A stretch of 64,000 nucleotides of DNA from Botryllus schlosseri (taxonomy: Eukaryota), in contig CM119384.1 in the NCBI GenBank assembly GCA_051294905.1, positions 6,138,001 to 6,202,000 of the forward strand. The letters are read 5' to 3'. The position numbers were made by a program, and so were the translations under genes. Numbering within the stretch: position 1 is the stretch's first letter; each line of letters opens with the position of its first letter. The notes under the pieces are model-generated. The model did not search any database. It saw only the letters and a list, made by a program, of their open reading frames with translations, and was not told the origin of the DNA. Positions 39,945-50,983 of the stretch are shown piece after piece.

Positions 39945-42900
39945 ATGAAAATTTCGATGTTCAATGTTGGCAGTTTTGCTGACGGAATGCTTGCGTTCGG
40001 CGTGAGTGACGTCAAGGTACCTGGGTTCTGGAATTTCATCGTAGACCACCTCTTTAGCAATCGTAGATTCACCAAAAAAGAAAAACATACCGCAAAAAGA
40101 TTAGGTTTGAAGTTTTGGGAAAAACACGAGACTGAGATTTTGGCGAGGTTGAACGATATTGGCTCGCAATCAGATAATGTCGAGTCAATCAGGGATGTTG
40201 ATTGCATGGGCCTGGACGATGTTGAGGGGGTGGATTCCAAACGTACATCCGATGTCGCGCTGGTGGATAGTTATTCACTTTCGTCACATGAGAGTCTTCC
40301 TTCAGATCATGATACGTGTGAATTTGATAAGGAAGTAGATTTTACCAGTAATTCAACTTCGCTGCAACCAAACTCTCCACCATGTGAAAGCGATGAAGTG
40401 GCCAAATCTTTGAAAAATACCCGCTCTGTCAGTACGCCAGATAATGATGGAAGAGACTCGCCGTTATCGTTGGACATTCATCATGACCAGGAAATTCCTT
40501 CTGAGCAACAGCCAAATCAACATCCAACCCCGGAGACGTCTCATCCGTTCGGAAAGACGCCTGTCTGGATTGGCGAAGATCTGCCAAACGAATGCTCGTT
40601 TGAGATATCTCAGGACGATTGGAAATCGATTGCCGACTCCGTCGTTGGCCGGACCATAACATTGAATACCTGGACCGATATTGTGCGGGCTGGCTTGAAG
40701 GGGTCTAATCCTTACTGCAGTTACGCTTTCAAGCGACATAATTTCAATGGATTAAACTCCAACCACGTTTTGGTGTGCTACGGCAAATGCACGTTCAAAT
40801 CATGCCTTGGCAAAATAAAAATATTATGCCATTGTGCAAATCCTCGCAAATTTCAAGTTTTTTTCTCTGGAAAAATCATACATGTTGGTATCAAGTCAAC
40901 AAGGCTCTCCGGAAAACGCAGATTAGAGTTCAAAAAACTTTTAAGAAATGGAAAGCCTCGTGAAACAGCGCTGCATTTTCTTGGGAAAATACCCGAACAT
41001 GTTTTTCAATCAGGAAACCGCGATGGTTCGCCATCTCAAAGTGTCCTCAAGAAGGCTAAGCAGGAAGCGAACAAAATTGACGTGCCCGATGCTGACCAGT
41101 GGGCCGCTCTGGATATGATTCGCCAGAGACAGGTAGCTCGGGACCAAGACAAAGAAATCTACGGTACGCTCCAGGATTTTTCTCGCAAGGCTGGGTTCAT
41201 TCTGCTTTGGTCTGAAGAATCTTTGCGCATCTTCCATAAACTTGGGGCAATAGATGCCATGTATCTCGACTGCACAGGTAGCATAATGCGGGGTATGGAC
41301 AAAACGTATTATATATACGAGATCGTCGCTAGACACCCAGTACCTAGAAAAGCTCCTATCGCACTTGCGTCTTTCATTAGTTGTCATCACGATACTATCA
41401 GCGTCACATCATTTCTATTACAATTCCGACGTGACGAGAAAAAACTATTCGGACCCAAGCATACAGTAAGAAAATTTGTTTGCGATGGCAGTATGGTTCT
41501 TATAAAATCGATTTTGATGATATTCATGGAAGAACTTTTAGATCATTACCTCGAAAGATGCTACCGAGCAGTTGTTGGTAAAGCGAAACCGAATGACTTG
41601 AAGAAGCCTTTCATCAGGCTGTGTGCCAGTCACATAATGAAAAATTTCAAGTACCTATGTAAAAAGAATCCAAAACGATTTTCGGAGATGATGTATATCT
41701 TTGGATTGATGGTGATTTCATCCGATTGGGAATCGATTCGATCTCAAGTTTATCACCTGACAGTTTTGTTGAACACTCGCGACGAAAATTTAGCAAATAC
41801 CTCTCTTTCCTATTTTAATCAAAACATTGAGGTGGAAAAATCAGAGATAACTTTGCTGTTATCAGAAAGCTCTTCTGAAGAGGAGGAAGAAGACTTTGAA
41901 TTCGAAACAGATTATTCCTTCGTTCAGGAATTCAAGACAATCATTTCATCGGCTCTGAAACTAGTGAATGACACGGCATGTGAGGGAACAAATCTTTTCT
42001 ACAGCCCCGCCATATTCGCTCATTTTGAGAAATATATTGTACCCAAAATCCCACTCTTCACGGGTCTTTTATCTGGAGATTTGTCTCGTTTGGGAATCGG
42101 CGATGAGTATCGCAACTATGCTGCCTTTTATAAATCCTTACAGGCGTCGCCATTTCAAAATCTAACAAAAGAATGTCGGACGAGTGGGCCTATGGAGAAA
42201 TCTAATCAGGAGTTGAAGTCTACTCGTTTGAGAGGTCGAAAATGCTCTCGTCTCGACGAATTCGCCATAATTTATGACGAACTGAATACTGCGCTCCTCA
42301 GAGAATTTCAGGACAGCTGCATATTACCCCTTGGCAAAAAACGCATTCGCAAATCAATTCCTTCATCTTCGAAAGATGAATACAAAGAGGAGGTGGAAGT
42401 GTGGCAAAGGTCCGACCCCAATAGGCCACCAATTAATACCGTCGGGAAATATTTCCAGCCACCCGGTAAGGATTTGCGAGGGGTTAACAAGGCTAAATCC
42501 GCTGGTATATCCAGGGATAAAAGACATCGCTTCCCGCTGAAGGATCGTTTCAACTGTGAATGGGTCGCAGCACCACGGCTGAATGGTGTTCCGACACCCT
42601 CTCGGAGCATTCTCGTTTCCAGTTCGAGATGGTTGAACAGTGACATCATCGATCACTTCATGTGGATGTTACATTGCAAATTTCCGGGTATTGATGGCCT
42701 CTCATGTAGTAGCCTTTATCTTTCCAGCTGCAAGCCTGCATACACACCTCGCTCCAAATTTGTGCAAATAATAAATATTAACAGAAATCATTGGATCACT
42801 GTCTCGAATGTCTTTTCGTCCCAAGAAAACGAAGTGCATATATACGATTCGGCATTCAACAGATATGCATATAGAACCGCTGCTACCCAATGCTCAATCG

Positions 42901-43328
42901 CAAAACTTTGTCGACCAGAATCCCAGGACATAATCGTATCTTTCCCGCAAGTTCAGCAGCAGAATAACACAAGCGATTGTGGTGTTTTCGCAATCGCATT
43001 CGCAATCTCCCTTTGTCATGGAGTGCGGCCAGAATGCGCAGAATACCCAAGCCCTTATCTCCGACGATCATGTCTTGCAATGATGACGAGTCAGGCGATT
43101 CAACAATTACAAATCTCAACAAGTGAAACGTTACCTGCTGTGTGGACCTCGTTTACCATAAAAACGTATTGCATCTGTTTCCTGCCATTTGACAGTGACA
43201 ATCAAGAAGACATGGTGGAATGCACTCAGTGCAAGCGATGGTTTCATGTAAATTGCTCTGTGGTTCCTATCTCGCATGAAGTCGTGGAAAACGAAAGTGT
43301 TCCATGGTACTGCTCCGAATGCAAATAA
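39945..43328 (+). CDS. 1127-aa MULE/NOF-like transposase fused to a Ulp1 (C48) cysteine protease and a C-terminal PHD finger
   Basis: Putative catalytic set D442 (YLDCTG), D514 (VCDGS), C560xxH563 (LCASH), E751 (PMEKSN). Upstream CTFKSC..H zinc-finger-like motif. Ulp1 motifs WLNSDII, NH949W, YD968S, QQQNNTSDC1012G. PHD C4HC3: CIC..CTQC..HVNC..CSEC. No stops or frameshifts. Confidence 0.88.
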   Translation: MKISMFNVGSFADGMLAFGVSDVKVPGFWNFIVDHLFSNRRFTKKEKHTAKRLGLKFWEKHETEILARLNDIGSQSDNVESIRDVDCMGLDDVEGVDSKRTSDVALVDSYSLSSHESLPSDHDTCEFDKEVDFTSNSTSLQPNSPPCESDEVAKSLKNTRSVSTPDNDGRDSPLSLDIHHDQEIPSEQQPNQHPTPETSHPFGKTPVWIGEDLPNECSFEISQDDWKSIADSVVGRTITLNTWTDIVRAGLKGSNPYCSYAFKRHNFNGLNSNHVLVCYGKCTFKSCLGKIKILCHCANPRKFQVFFSGKIIHVGIKSTRLSGKRRLEFKKLLRNGKPRETALHFLGKIPEHVFQSGNRDGSPSQSVLKKAKQEANKIDVPDADQWAALDMIRQRQVARDQDKEIYGTLQDFSRKAGFILLWSEESLRIFHKLGAIDAMYLDCTGSIMRGMDKTYYIYEIVARHPVPRKAPIALASFISCHHDTISVTSFLLQFRRDEKKLFGPKHTVRKFVCDGSMVLIKSILMIFMEELLDHYLERCYRAVVGKAKPNDLKKPFIRLCASHIMKNFKYLCKKNPKRFSEMMYIFGLMVISSDWESIRSQVYHLTVLLNTRDENLANTSLSYFNQNIEVEKSEITLLLSESSSEEEEEDFEFETDYSFVQEFKTIISSALKLVNDTACEGTNLFYSPAIFAHFEKYIVPKIPLFTGLLSGDLSRLGIGDEYRNYAAFYKSLQASPFQNLTKECRTSGPMEKSNQELKSTRLRGRKCSRLDEFAIIYDELNTALLREFQDSCILPLGKKRIRKSIPSSSKDEYKEEVEVWQRSDPNRPPINTVGKYFQPPGKDLRGVNKAKSAGISRDKRHRFPLKDRFNCEWVAAPRLNGVPTPSRSILVSSSRWLNSDIIDHFMWMLHCKFPGIDGLSCSSLYLSSCKPAYTPRSKFVQIININRNHWITVSNVFSSQENEVHIYDSAFNRYAYRTAATQCSIAKLCRPESQDIIVSFPQVQQQNNTSDCGVFAIAFAISLCHGVRPECAEYPSPYLRRSCLAMMTSQAIQQLQISTSETLPAVWTSFTIKTYCICFLPFDSDNQEDMVECTQCKRWFHVNCSVVPISHEVVENESVPWYCSECK

Positions 43329-43464
43329 TGAGATTTTTTGCTGCTGCCACTTTACTCTGTCGTCGCAGATTTCATATAATTCAAGTCCTCGGCCCTATTC
43401 CGATTCTGTCAGAATATGTCATAACTCAGTGTGTGAATAGTGTGCGATGTCTCAGTTTCATTCG

Positions 43465-46010
43465 TTCTTATTTCAATGTGCTAGGTAGTAGTTTTATTCG
43501 TTCTGATTTCAATATTCGACGCTCTTTATTTTTTCCACTGCAGAGCGATCATGTTAATTCGTCTAAACAGAGAATCTTCATCCTCTGATCTCGATGCTAA
43601 TCGGCTCCTGTCAGAAGTCAAGACTCGGTGTGTGATTAATGTGCTAGGTAGTAGTTTTATTCGTTCTGATTCCAATATTCGACGCTCTTTATTTTTTCCA
43701 CTGTAGTGCGATCATGTTAATTTGTCTTAAGAGAGAATCTTCATCCTCGGATCTGGACCCTAATCGGCTCCTGTCAGAAGTCAAGACTCGGTGTGTGATT
43801 AATGTGCTAGGTAGTAGTTTTATTCGTTCTGATTTCAATATTCGACGCTCTTTATTTTTTCCACTGCAGAGCGATCATGTTAATTCGTCTAAACAGAGAA
43901 TCTTCATCCTCTGATCTCGATGCTAATCGGCTCCTGTCAGAAGTCAAGACTCGGTGTGTGATTAATGTGCTAGGTAGTAGTTTTATTCGTTCTGATTTCA
44001 ATATTCGACGCTCTTTATTTTTTCCACTGCAGAGCGATCATGTTAATTCGTCTAAACAGAGAATCTTCATCCTCTGATCTCGATGCTAATCGGCTCCTGT
44101 CAGAAGTCAAGACTCGGTGTGTGATTAATGTGCTAGGTAGTAGTTTTATTCGTTCTGATTTCAATATTCGACGCTCTTTATTTTTTCCACTGTAGTGCGA
44201 TCATGTTAATTTGTCTTAAGAGAGAATCTTCATCCTCGGATCTGGACCCTAATCGGCTCCTGTCAGAAGTCAAGACTCGGTGTGTGATTAATGTGCTAGG
44301 TAATAGTTTTATTCGTTCTGATTCCAATATTCGACGCTCTTTAGTTTTTCCACTGTAGTGCGATCATGTTAATTTGTCTTAAGAGAGAATCTTCATCCTC
44401 GGATCTGGACCCTAATCGGCTCCTGTCAGAAGTCAAGACTCGGTGTGTGATTAATGTGCTAGGTAGTAGTTTTATTCGTTCTGATTTCAATATTCGACGC
44501 TCTTTATTTTTTCCACTGCAGAGCGATCATGTTAATTCGTCTAAACAGAGAATCTTCATCCTCTGATCTCGATGCTAATCGGCTCCTGTCAGAAGTCAAG
44601 ACTCGGTGTGTGATTAATGTGCTAGGTAGTAGTTTTATTCGTTCTGATTCCAATATTCGACGCTCTTTAGTTTTTCCACTGTAGTGCGATCATGTTAATT
44701 TGTCTTAAGAGAGAATCTTCATCCTCTGATCTGGACCCTAATCGGCTCCTGTCAGAAGTCAAGACTCGGTGTGTGATTAATGTGCTAGGTAGTAGTTTTA
44801 TTCGTTCTGATTTCAATATTCGACGCTCTTTATTTTTTCCACTGTAGTGCAATCATGTTAATTTGTCTTAAGAGAGAATCTTCATCCTCGGATCTGGACC
44901 CTAATCGGCTCCTGTCAGAAGTCAAGACTCGGTGTGTGATTAATGTGCTAGGTAGTAGTTTTATTCGTTCTGATTTCAAGATTCGACGCTCTTTATTTTG
45001 TCCACTGCAGAGCGATCATGTTAATTTGTCTAAACAGAGAATCTTCATCCTCTGATCTCGATGCTAATCGGCTCCTGTCAGAAGTCAAGACTCGGTGTGT
45101 GATTAATGTGCTAGGTAGTAGTTTTATTCGTTCTGATTCCAATATTCGACGCTCTTTAGTTTTTCCACTGTAGTGCGATCATGTTAATTTGTCTTAAGAG
45201 AGAATCTTCATCCTCTGATCTGGACCCTAATCGGCTCCTGTCAGAAGTCAAGACTCGGTGTGTGATTAATGTGCTAGGTAGTAGTTTTATTCGTTCTGAT
45301 TTCAATATTCGACGCTCTTTATTTTTTCCACTGTAGTGCAATCATGTTAATTTGTCTTAAGAGAGAATCTTCATCCTCGGATCTGGACCCTAATCGGCTC
45401 CTGTCAGAAGTCAAGACTCGGTGTGTGATTAATGTGCTAGGTAGTAGTTTTATTCGTTCTGATTTCAAGATTCGACGCTCTTTATTTTGTCCACTGCAGA
45501 GCGATCATGTTAATTTGTCTAAACAGAGAATCTTCATCCTCTGATCTGGACCCTAATCGGCTCCTGTCAGAAGTCAAGACTCGGTGTGTGATTAATGTGC
45601 TAGGTATTAGATTTATTCGTTCTGATTCCAATATTCGACGCTCTTTAGTTTTTCCACTGTAGTGCGATCATGTTAATTTGTCTTAAGAGAGAATCTTCAT
45701 CCTCGGATCTGGACCCTAATCGGCTCCTGTCAAAAGTCAAGACTCGGTTTGTGATTAATGTGCTAGGTAGTAGTTTTATTCGTTCTGATTTCAAGATTCG
45801 ACGCTCTTTATTTTGTCCACTGCAGAGCGATCATGTTAATTTGTCTAAACAGAGAATCTTCATCCTCTGATCTGGACCCTAATCGGCTCCTGTCAGAAGT
45901 CAAGACTCGGTGTGTGATTAATGTGCTAGGCATTAGATTTATTCGTTCTTATTTCAAGATTCGACGCTCTTTATTTTCCACTGTAGAGCAATCATGTCAA
46001 TTATAAAAAA
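43465..46010. repeat. Right-arm tandem array, ~15-16 units of 163 bp, inverted relative to the left arm
   Basis: Marker ttttccactg recurs every 163 bp from ~43530 to ~45976 and is the reverse complement of the left-array unit. Confidence 0.95.
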
Positions 46011-46799
46011 AAATATAATGGTAAAGTAACCAGAGGGATGTGCAGATCGGGTTTGATTCGTCAAGCGAAATATATTAGGTTATGTCTTAGTAATAGTTGA
46101 ATCACCATAATCAACCCTTAAAATATTATCATTCTAGGTTTGTTTCAGGCCAATGCTTTGATTTGATTTCATGAAAATACTACGTGTGGCGTTTGAGATT
46201 TACAGATCATGGTCGATATTTCGAAAATGGTGATCCATTGGATTCATGCTGTCGTGAGTATATTAGTTGGTAATTTTTACTTTGAGGGCCAAATCGTTGA
46301 GGGCTAACTTCACCCTGGTTGCTAATGCAGTATACTATAGTATATATATCGCAGCCAGACTCTGAACAGTGGTTGTGTTCGGCAATAAGTCATGAGTCTT
46401 TCTTGCATAGAATTAATCGAATAGAAAGCAGTGTGTGACAGGTGACATCGCTACCATGCATTTCACTCTTGAGCAGACAGAAAGTTCTTACGAAAAAGTA
46501 AAAAGTATACTGTTGGCATGAGTTTGCATCACTTTTATTACTGAAATTGCCTTAGAAACCGAGGGATGTACCTATAAATACTGATTGATGACCGCGTTGA
46601 TTATAATTTACATCTATATTTGAGGCTATCATTGTATCATATATTATAGTCATTCTAGATTTGTCAGATCAATCTTGCTATTTAGAATGGTGCATTTGAC
46701 TAGCAAACAGGTGAAATCTGGCTCTACTCTATACTTATTCAAACAAACAAGTTGAGTATTGACATCAGTAATTTTACTTTTTTTGAGCAGCAATATATA

Positions 46800-47252
46800 C
46801 ACTACAAAAAAAAATTAGACAATTTGGTCTCAAAATTAGACAAATTTGGTCTCAAATTTAAGAAATGAGGTTGATTTGGTCTCATTTTACCACCCACTCA
46901 CCATAAATGCTATTTTCGACTCAGACAACCATATATATATTGATCTGAATGGTATACGTGAGTAGTAAGTGGCATGTACCTTGATAACTATATCTAGTGA
47001 ATACCTTGTAAACTTAGTACAGGATCATCTCAACACTGCAATTTCTGGTCTCTCTCATCCTTCCCCTCCTCCGCTCAGACCCCTAACATTGAAAAGGATG
47101 CCCCCAAGGCACTGCTACCATTTTCGATCAATTTCTGGCTTACTTTTGAGACATAAAGTACTTGGTAAGACTAATTTGTCTTTAAGACTTTTTCTGCTAA
47201 AAAATCGATTTGAGACATTGAGACCAAACTTGTCTAATTTTTTTTTGTAGTG
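46800..47252. mobile_element. CACTA/EnSpm MITE copy 1 (453 bp)
   Basis: Ends cactacaaaaaaaaattagacaa / ttgtctaatttttttttgtagtg; subterminal ttggtctca repeats; TA on both sides. Confidence 0.88.
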
Positions 47253-47689
47253 TATAGCTCGAAGCTAAAACCCGTCCACGAACTCCGGACCGTCAAAAAT
47301 CCAGTTTCTATATGCGCAAATGAATTTATTGAATTCACGGGACTGTGATGGAAATATACATATTGAAACTGATATTATACGAGAAAAACAAATTGTTTTT
47401 AACATAAATACCCGCTTGAACCTTTCTCTATAGGAAATGATCATGAATTCTAGGAAAAAGGTAATGCAGAGGCGTCCAGGTCCGCTAATCTAATTGACGA
47501 ACCTACGGGGCTCGTTCACTTTCGGACCAAAAATCAATTTTCTCCATAAGGATGTAGTAGAATTGGTCCTCAAGTGAACGAGCCCCGTCCCGGTCCGTAT
47601 TGGGGCGCGTGTAGTCGCGTTTGTCGCGGGCGGACAGGGGTATCGGCGGTTGTTTTTGTTGTATTTCTGCGTATTCGGGTCGGATTCCG

Positions 47690-48450
47690 TCGCATATTTT
47701 GTTTGTGATTTTTTGCCGAGAACATATTAAAAAATTAATAAAAATGTTCGTGGTATCAGAGGATTTACTCAGATATCTACACCATCGAATGTTTACATTC
47801 GATATAGAAGCACTGTTGGAGCTCAAAAACTACCCATGCTTTCCAAATGAAAACCTGATTTTCAGTGCTGACATAAATGTATCACCGGCCCATCTGCATC
47901 CAGAGGCCTGCCCTTCTCTTTTCAAAGCCTGAATCTGATCCTTGTTGAAAAAACCTTCCTATCCTCCTCCATCTGTTCCTTGTTATCCGAGCTTACATCC
48001 AAGTTCCAAAACGATCATAAATTGTGCAATTCCGCTATTAATCACATTCGGGTATCTTGTATGGTTTTCATTGTGTATTTGTATCGTCAAAATGCTACAA
48101 TTAATTTCACAATGATTTCGCATTACCAGCGATTTCAACCGCGCGCGCAATTTCTTCGTCTTTCTCCCTGAATTTCTTTGCACTGTATTCCGTGGCACAC
48201 AAGACCTAAACAGGTGATAAGGGCCACTCTATAAACTTTTAATCATAATAATAACGCGCAATTTCTTCATCTTTCTCCTGACACCGGCCTTGTAGCTGCA
48301 AATTGTAAGATGGGTGACTTTATATCGTATTGGGTGGTCTATCCTGTTACAGTATGTATGCGGCAAGTTTCTATTGGCCATATTGAATCTTACTAGCTCC
48401 ATCTCCTGCTTCAACAGGATACAATTCTCACAAGAAGCCTTTAGGTTGAG
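47690..48450 (-). pseudogene. Decayed P-element/THAP9-like transposase N-terminal fragment (second copy at 51874-52634)
   Basis: Broken frames give CENCILLKQEMELV (coiled coil), KKLRARLKSL and FFNKDQIQALKREGQASGCRWAGDTFMSALKIRFSFGKHG*. This resembles the 'DQ..L....rW..et...AL.lrf..G..GY' motif that precedes the P-transposase core. Frameshifts and stops are present. Confidence 0.55.
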
Positions 48451-48816
48451 ATTCTAAATATATCGCCATATGTAGGCCTACAATTCGTTGATGCAGCCCA
48501 GAAATGCATTTTGCTGTGGTAGTCCGGGGTGATCTGAAATAAAAACGACCAGCAGACAACGAAAATACATAAATTCACCTTGGTTTCTATGTCCAATATA
48601 CCAGTTGCGGGCGTAATCCCATAAATATCACTGCCAATATGAACGAAAACTACAGCCTCACACATAGGTTCAGGCTGTTTTTGTGGTCTTTTGAGACCAA
48701 AATGGATGCCGCAACGTAACAGTGGCATGACGCAACAATGACCTCGCACTTCTTGCCCTTCTACATTCTTTGGGCGCAACCATTCCGTATACTTTTTCGC
48801 TCTTCATTTTCGCCTT

Positions 48817-48895
48817 TGGTGGGAGGGATTCGAGCCCCGGCGCGGCGTGGCGGCGAGGCAAGCACAGTGCTTATACCCATTAGGCCACGACGCCC
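48817..48895 (-). other. tRNA-like Pol III head, possibly a SINE or tRNA pseudogene (second copy at 53001-53079)
   Basis: Minus strand gggcgtcg-TGGCCTAATGG-(39 nt)-GGGCTCGAATCC-ctcccacca, giving an A-box and a near B-box at tRNA spacing. No clean cloverleaf. Confidence 0.4.
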
Positions 48896-49109
48896 TCGAG
48901 AGCGGGAGACGATACGCGGCAATTCGAGTTCGCACGCTCGCGTCATCCGCTGGAGGTCTCTCGCATAATCCCGCGGTTCCCGCCGTCCGCGAGCGGGCTC
49001 GTAGTTTGGGGCCGGGCGAACACAATGGCACGGGCACTCAAAAATGAACAGAGTAACAATTTTAAAGATTCTAATCGTGTAGTGATACATGATTTCTTAG
49101 CGTACTGAA

Positions 49110-49840
49110 ATTAGACGATCCTGTCGAAGTTACATTATGGCATCCACTGTTGGGGGGCTGCCAGTAAAACTGCACTCAAGCCACTGCAGAAACTACAGCA
49201 TAAAGTGCTCCGAATCATAGCTAGGGCCCCAAAGGGGCCTGGCTGCTCATCCAATAAGTCGCTGCTGAAGAGATTCGGCGTCCTAAACATAGAAGATATG
49301 CGGAAACTAGAAATCGCCAAGTTTATGTATCAGTTTCACTGCGGTCGTTGCCCCGAATATCTCAGTGACTTCTTTACCTCTGAATCAAAAGCGCACAAGT
49401 ACAACACACGCGCGTCCACGTCGTCCAAATATCATATGATCGACCGAAAAGATCATCGCTCCATCAAATATGCCGGACCTGATGTGTGGAACAGTATCCC
49501 GCCGGCCATCCGACAGTCGACGAGCATGTCCACATTCAAGTCGAAATACAAGCAATTACTACTAAATAAATACAGTCCATCCTCAAGATTACCGGACCAC
49601 GACTGACCTATCGATCTCGCTTCCCATGACATGCCGCCCTATTTCTTGTCGCTTTCTTTTTCTATACTGTATTCTTTACTTTCATTCAGTGTGCATGCCT
49701 CCTCTTTACTACGCCTAGGCCAAGGTGGGTGTCCGATTCCATTGACAAATCCAAGTCGCTTCGACATCTTCCTGTCTATTCATTGTATCGCATTTTTTGT
49801 GGTGTATTGAACTGATAAAATTGCTAATAAACCAATGATG
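49110..49840 (+). mobile_element. 5'-truncated CR1/L2-group LINE tail (second copy at 53294-54024)
   Basis: LHYGIHCWGAASKTALKPLQKLQHKVLRII..HKYNTR..SIKYAGPDVWNSIPPAIRQSTSMSTFKSKYKQLLL is the typical post-RT C-terminus. The 3' UTR ends in aataaa. Confidence 0.85.
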
Positions 49841-50983
49841 ATGTCGCTAAGAGTTAATTTATAGTTTCGAAGTAATTTCCCAACGCGTTGCGGCATACGA
49901 AGCGGGGTGCGTCATTGTATATGAGATATCTGTGAAGTCGTGGTCGAGCCGCGGCAACAGTGACAATGGATGCGCAATAGGACTGTTGAAAAATAACCTT
50001 TATTTCTGAATCTTGCTGGTTACGTGATTAAATCGATAAAACGACGTACACCAGATTCGAATTCATTCTAACCAATATTCGCGGATTTAGTACAGCATGA
50101 AAATTTTGAATTCCAAGCATTTTGAATTCCAAGCCGTAGAAGTGGAGTGATTTCAATTTTTCTTTGATAAATCTTTGATAATTCCGGGATTATCCTTGAT
50201 CGGTGGATCACCCCAGAATTATCATCAAAAATGCGCAATTAAACGGGTACGCTCGAAAAATATACCTGTCCTGTCGCAATTACATTTAATCCGATGCGAA
50301 ACTGACATTTTATTCGCTGTGGCCACTCTACATGTGTAATTTGTATACATTTCAACTTTCCACGCCGTTCTCATTGATAATCGAACACTCGACACGACTC
50401 GAAGCCCAATACACATTGTCGTCTACTTATGACCCGTCGTTTCTAAAAGCTTATCGCTCTTTCAATTTAGAGTCCCAATTTCCAGCGCGGCGCTCGACGC
50501 TCAGGCTATCGCTCTCCCCCGTGGCGAGCGAGGGCCGATCAAAATGGGCTTTTGCCGCGTTGTAGTACTGGTTGGCGACGTGGCAGAACCGGGCTGCGGT
50601 CATCGCCTGAACAGGTCTGAACTGCCCCTCAGACGATCGCGGGTCAGATGGGGCTGCGGGTCTTGCTAGCTCCGCGAAACGCGGCTTTAGGAAGTAGAAG
50701 TGTTAATTTTGCACAGCTCGATCGAGCCGCCCCGCCGTCGAAAACCGGTCGTTTACGCAGCCGTCTCGCGCGGATCCGGAACTTGCGCGCCGGTCAACGC
50801 GCGAACACGTTCCGCCCCGCGAACCGATTCGGATCGGTCGGCCACTTCCGGGGTCGGCGCCACGGCCCGGGTCACGACGAACACTAGCACAGAAAGCCGT
50901 GCCCCGACCGGCGTCGGCCGTCGCCGAGAGCTTCATCGTTTCGTTCGCGTCTGCTCGTTCGGCAGTCGTTGGTTATATACGTA

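Larger units (their letters stand above)
36290..46319 (+). mobile_element. Full-length Foldback/NOF-like Mutator (MULE) DNA transposon, 10,030 bp
   Basis: Ends accagggtgaagttagccc / gggctaacttcaccctggt, with the first ~95 bp identical. Perfect 9-bp TSD tgctaatgc (36281-36289, 46320-46328). Long satellite-containing inverted arms enclose one intact ORF. Confidence 0.93.

Noticed and set aside
36540-45870. 163-bp arrays as a CRISPR locus, or the repeated 66-aa ORFs (MLICL..) as genes
   Set aside because: Units are contiguous with no unique spacers and no cas genes. The ORFs simply recur with the repeat period.
46969-47250. 93-aa ORF (three copies) and the other short ORFs in the 4184-bp unit
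   Set aside because: It lies within a non-coding MITE; no recognisable domain, and recurrence is due to duplication.
48670-48900. THAP domain upstream of the P-element remnant (EWLRP...CGIHF)
   Set aside because: W and CxxHF spacing is suggestive, but it needs several frameshifts and overlaps the tRNA-like segment. Not supportable by eye.
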